DNA of 64,000 nucleotides from Octopus vulgaris (lineage: Eukaryota). Below, one piece after another: positions 63,666-64,000 of the stretch. The position numbers and the translations under genes were made by a program. The notes under the pieces were generated by a model. It was given only the letters and a program-made list of their open reading frames with translations, made no database searches and had not been told where the DNA came from. How positions within the stretch are numbered: the first letter of the stretch is position 1; every line of letters starts with the position of its first letter. The stretch is taken from NCBI GenBank assembly GCA_951406725.2, contig OX597828.1, positions 59,768,001 through 59,832,000 of the forward strand. Direction: 5' to 3'.

Positions 63666-63966
63666 GTAAGAATTATTGCAATGGTCTCTGCATCATTTTG
63701 AAACTACTTCACCCGAATTGAGTATCAAGGTTGGCTTGTTAAAATACCAGTCATGTACTGGGGCTAGGTGTTATCAATTGACACACCCACCAAACCTGAA
63801 AATTGCTGGCTGGCTGCTCAAATTACAAACGATTCTTATTCTTCCTCCTCCTCCTCTTCTGAGCTGGAAGAATCCTTACAGAACCAGATTAAATATCTTG
63901 TTGTATTCTCTTTCCTCTTCCTTTATATTCTCAATTGAAATCCTTTTCCCCTTCATATTTTGTCAG

Positions 63967-64000
63967 GGTACCAAGGCCTGCAGCCACATGTTCCATCGGA
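63967..64000 (+). CDS. USP24: USP24 exon, truncated by the window edge
   Basis: A polypyrimidine tract and CAG precede GTKACSHMFHR. Confidence 0.7.

Overview
Eukaryotic, AT-rich, microsatellite-dense DNA. The SINE families and TTAGGG repeats suggest an octopod cephalopod (inference). The window has two very different halves. (1) Positions 1-39.9 kb contain no host genes and look subtelomeric. They are a mosaic of re-duplicated SINE, LINE and Penelope-derived modules, arranged as two related large units (~3-21 kb and ~27.4-39.5 kb). Each unit ends in the same inverted-repeat-rich block followed directly by a degenerate TTAGGG tract. A 34-bp and a 15-bp satellite lie between the units. This half also holds a young CR1-like LINE with an intact RT ORF, a Penelope GIY-YIG remnant, a non-autonomous Helitron and a mariner remnant. 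(2) After the telomeric tract at 39.5-39.9 kb the sequence switches abruptly to gene-bearing DNA. It carries single-coding-exon TOPORS and GTF2H3 on the minus strand and nine phase-consistent internal exons of USP24 on the plus strand; I found no upstream USP24 exons in the window. The most notable signals are telomere-tract-punctuated tandem units, an apparent telomere-addition junction, a 90-bp locally templated insertion inside the telomeric tract, fold-back hairpins at rearrangement junctions and a hammerhead-like direct-repeat unit in a USP24 intron. Repeat boundaries were read by eye and are approximate, and assembly artefact cannot be excluded.
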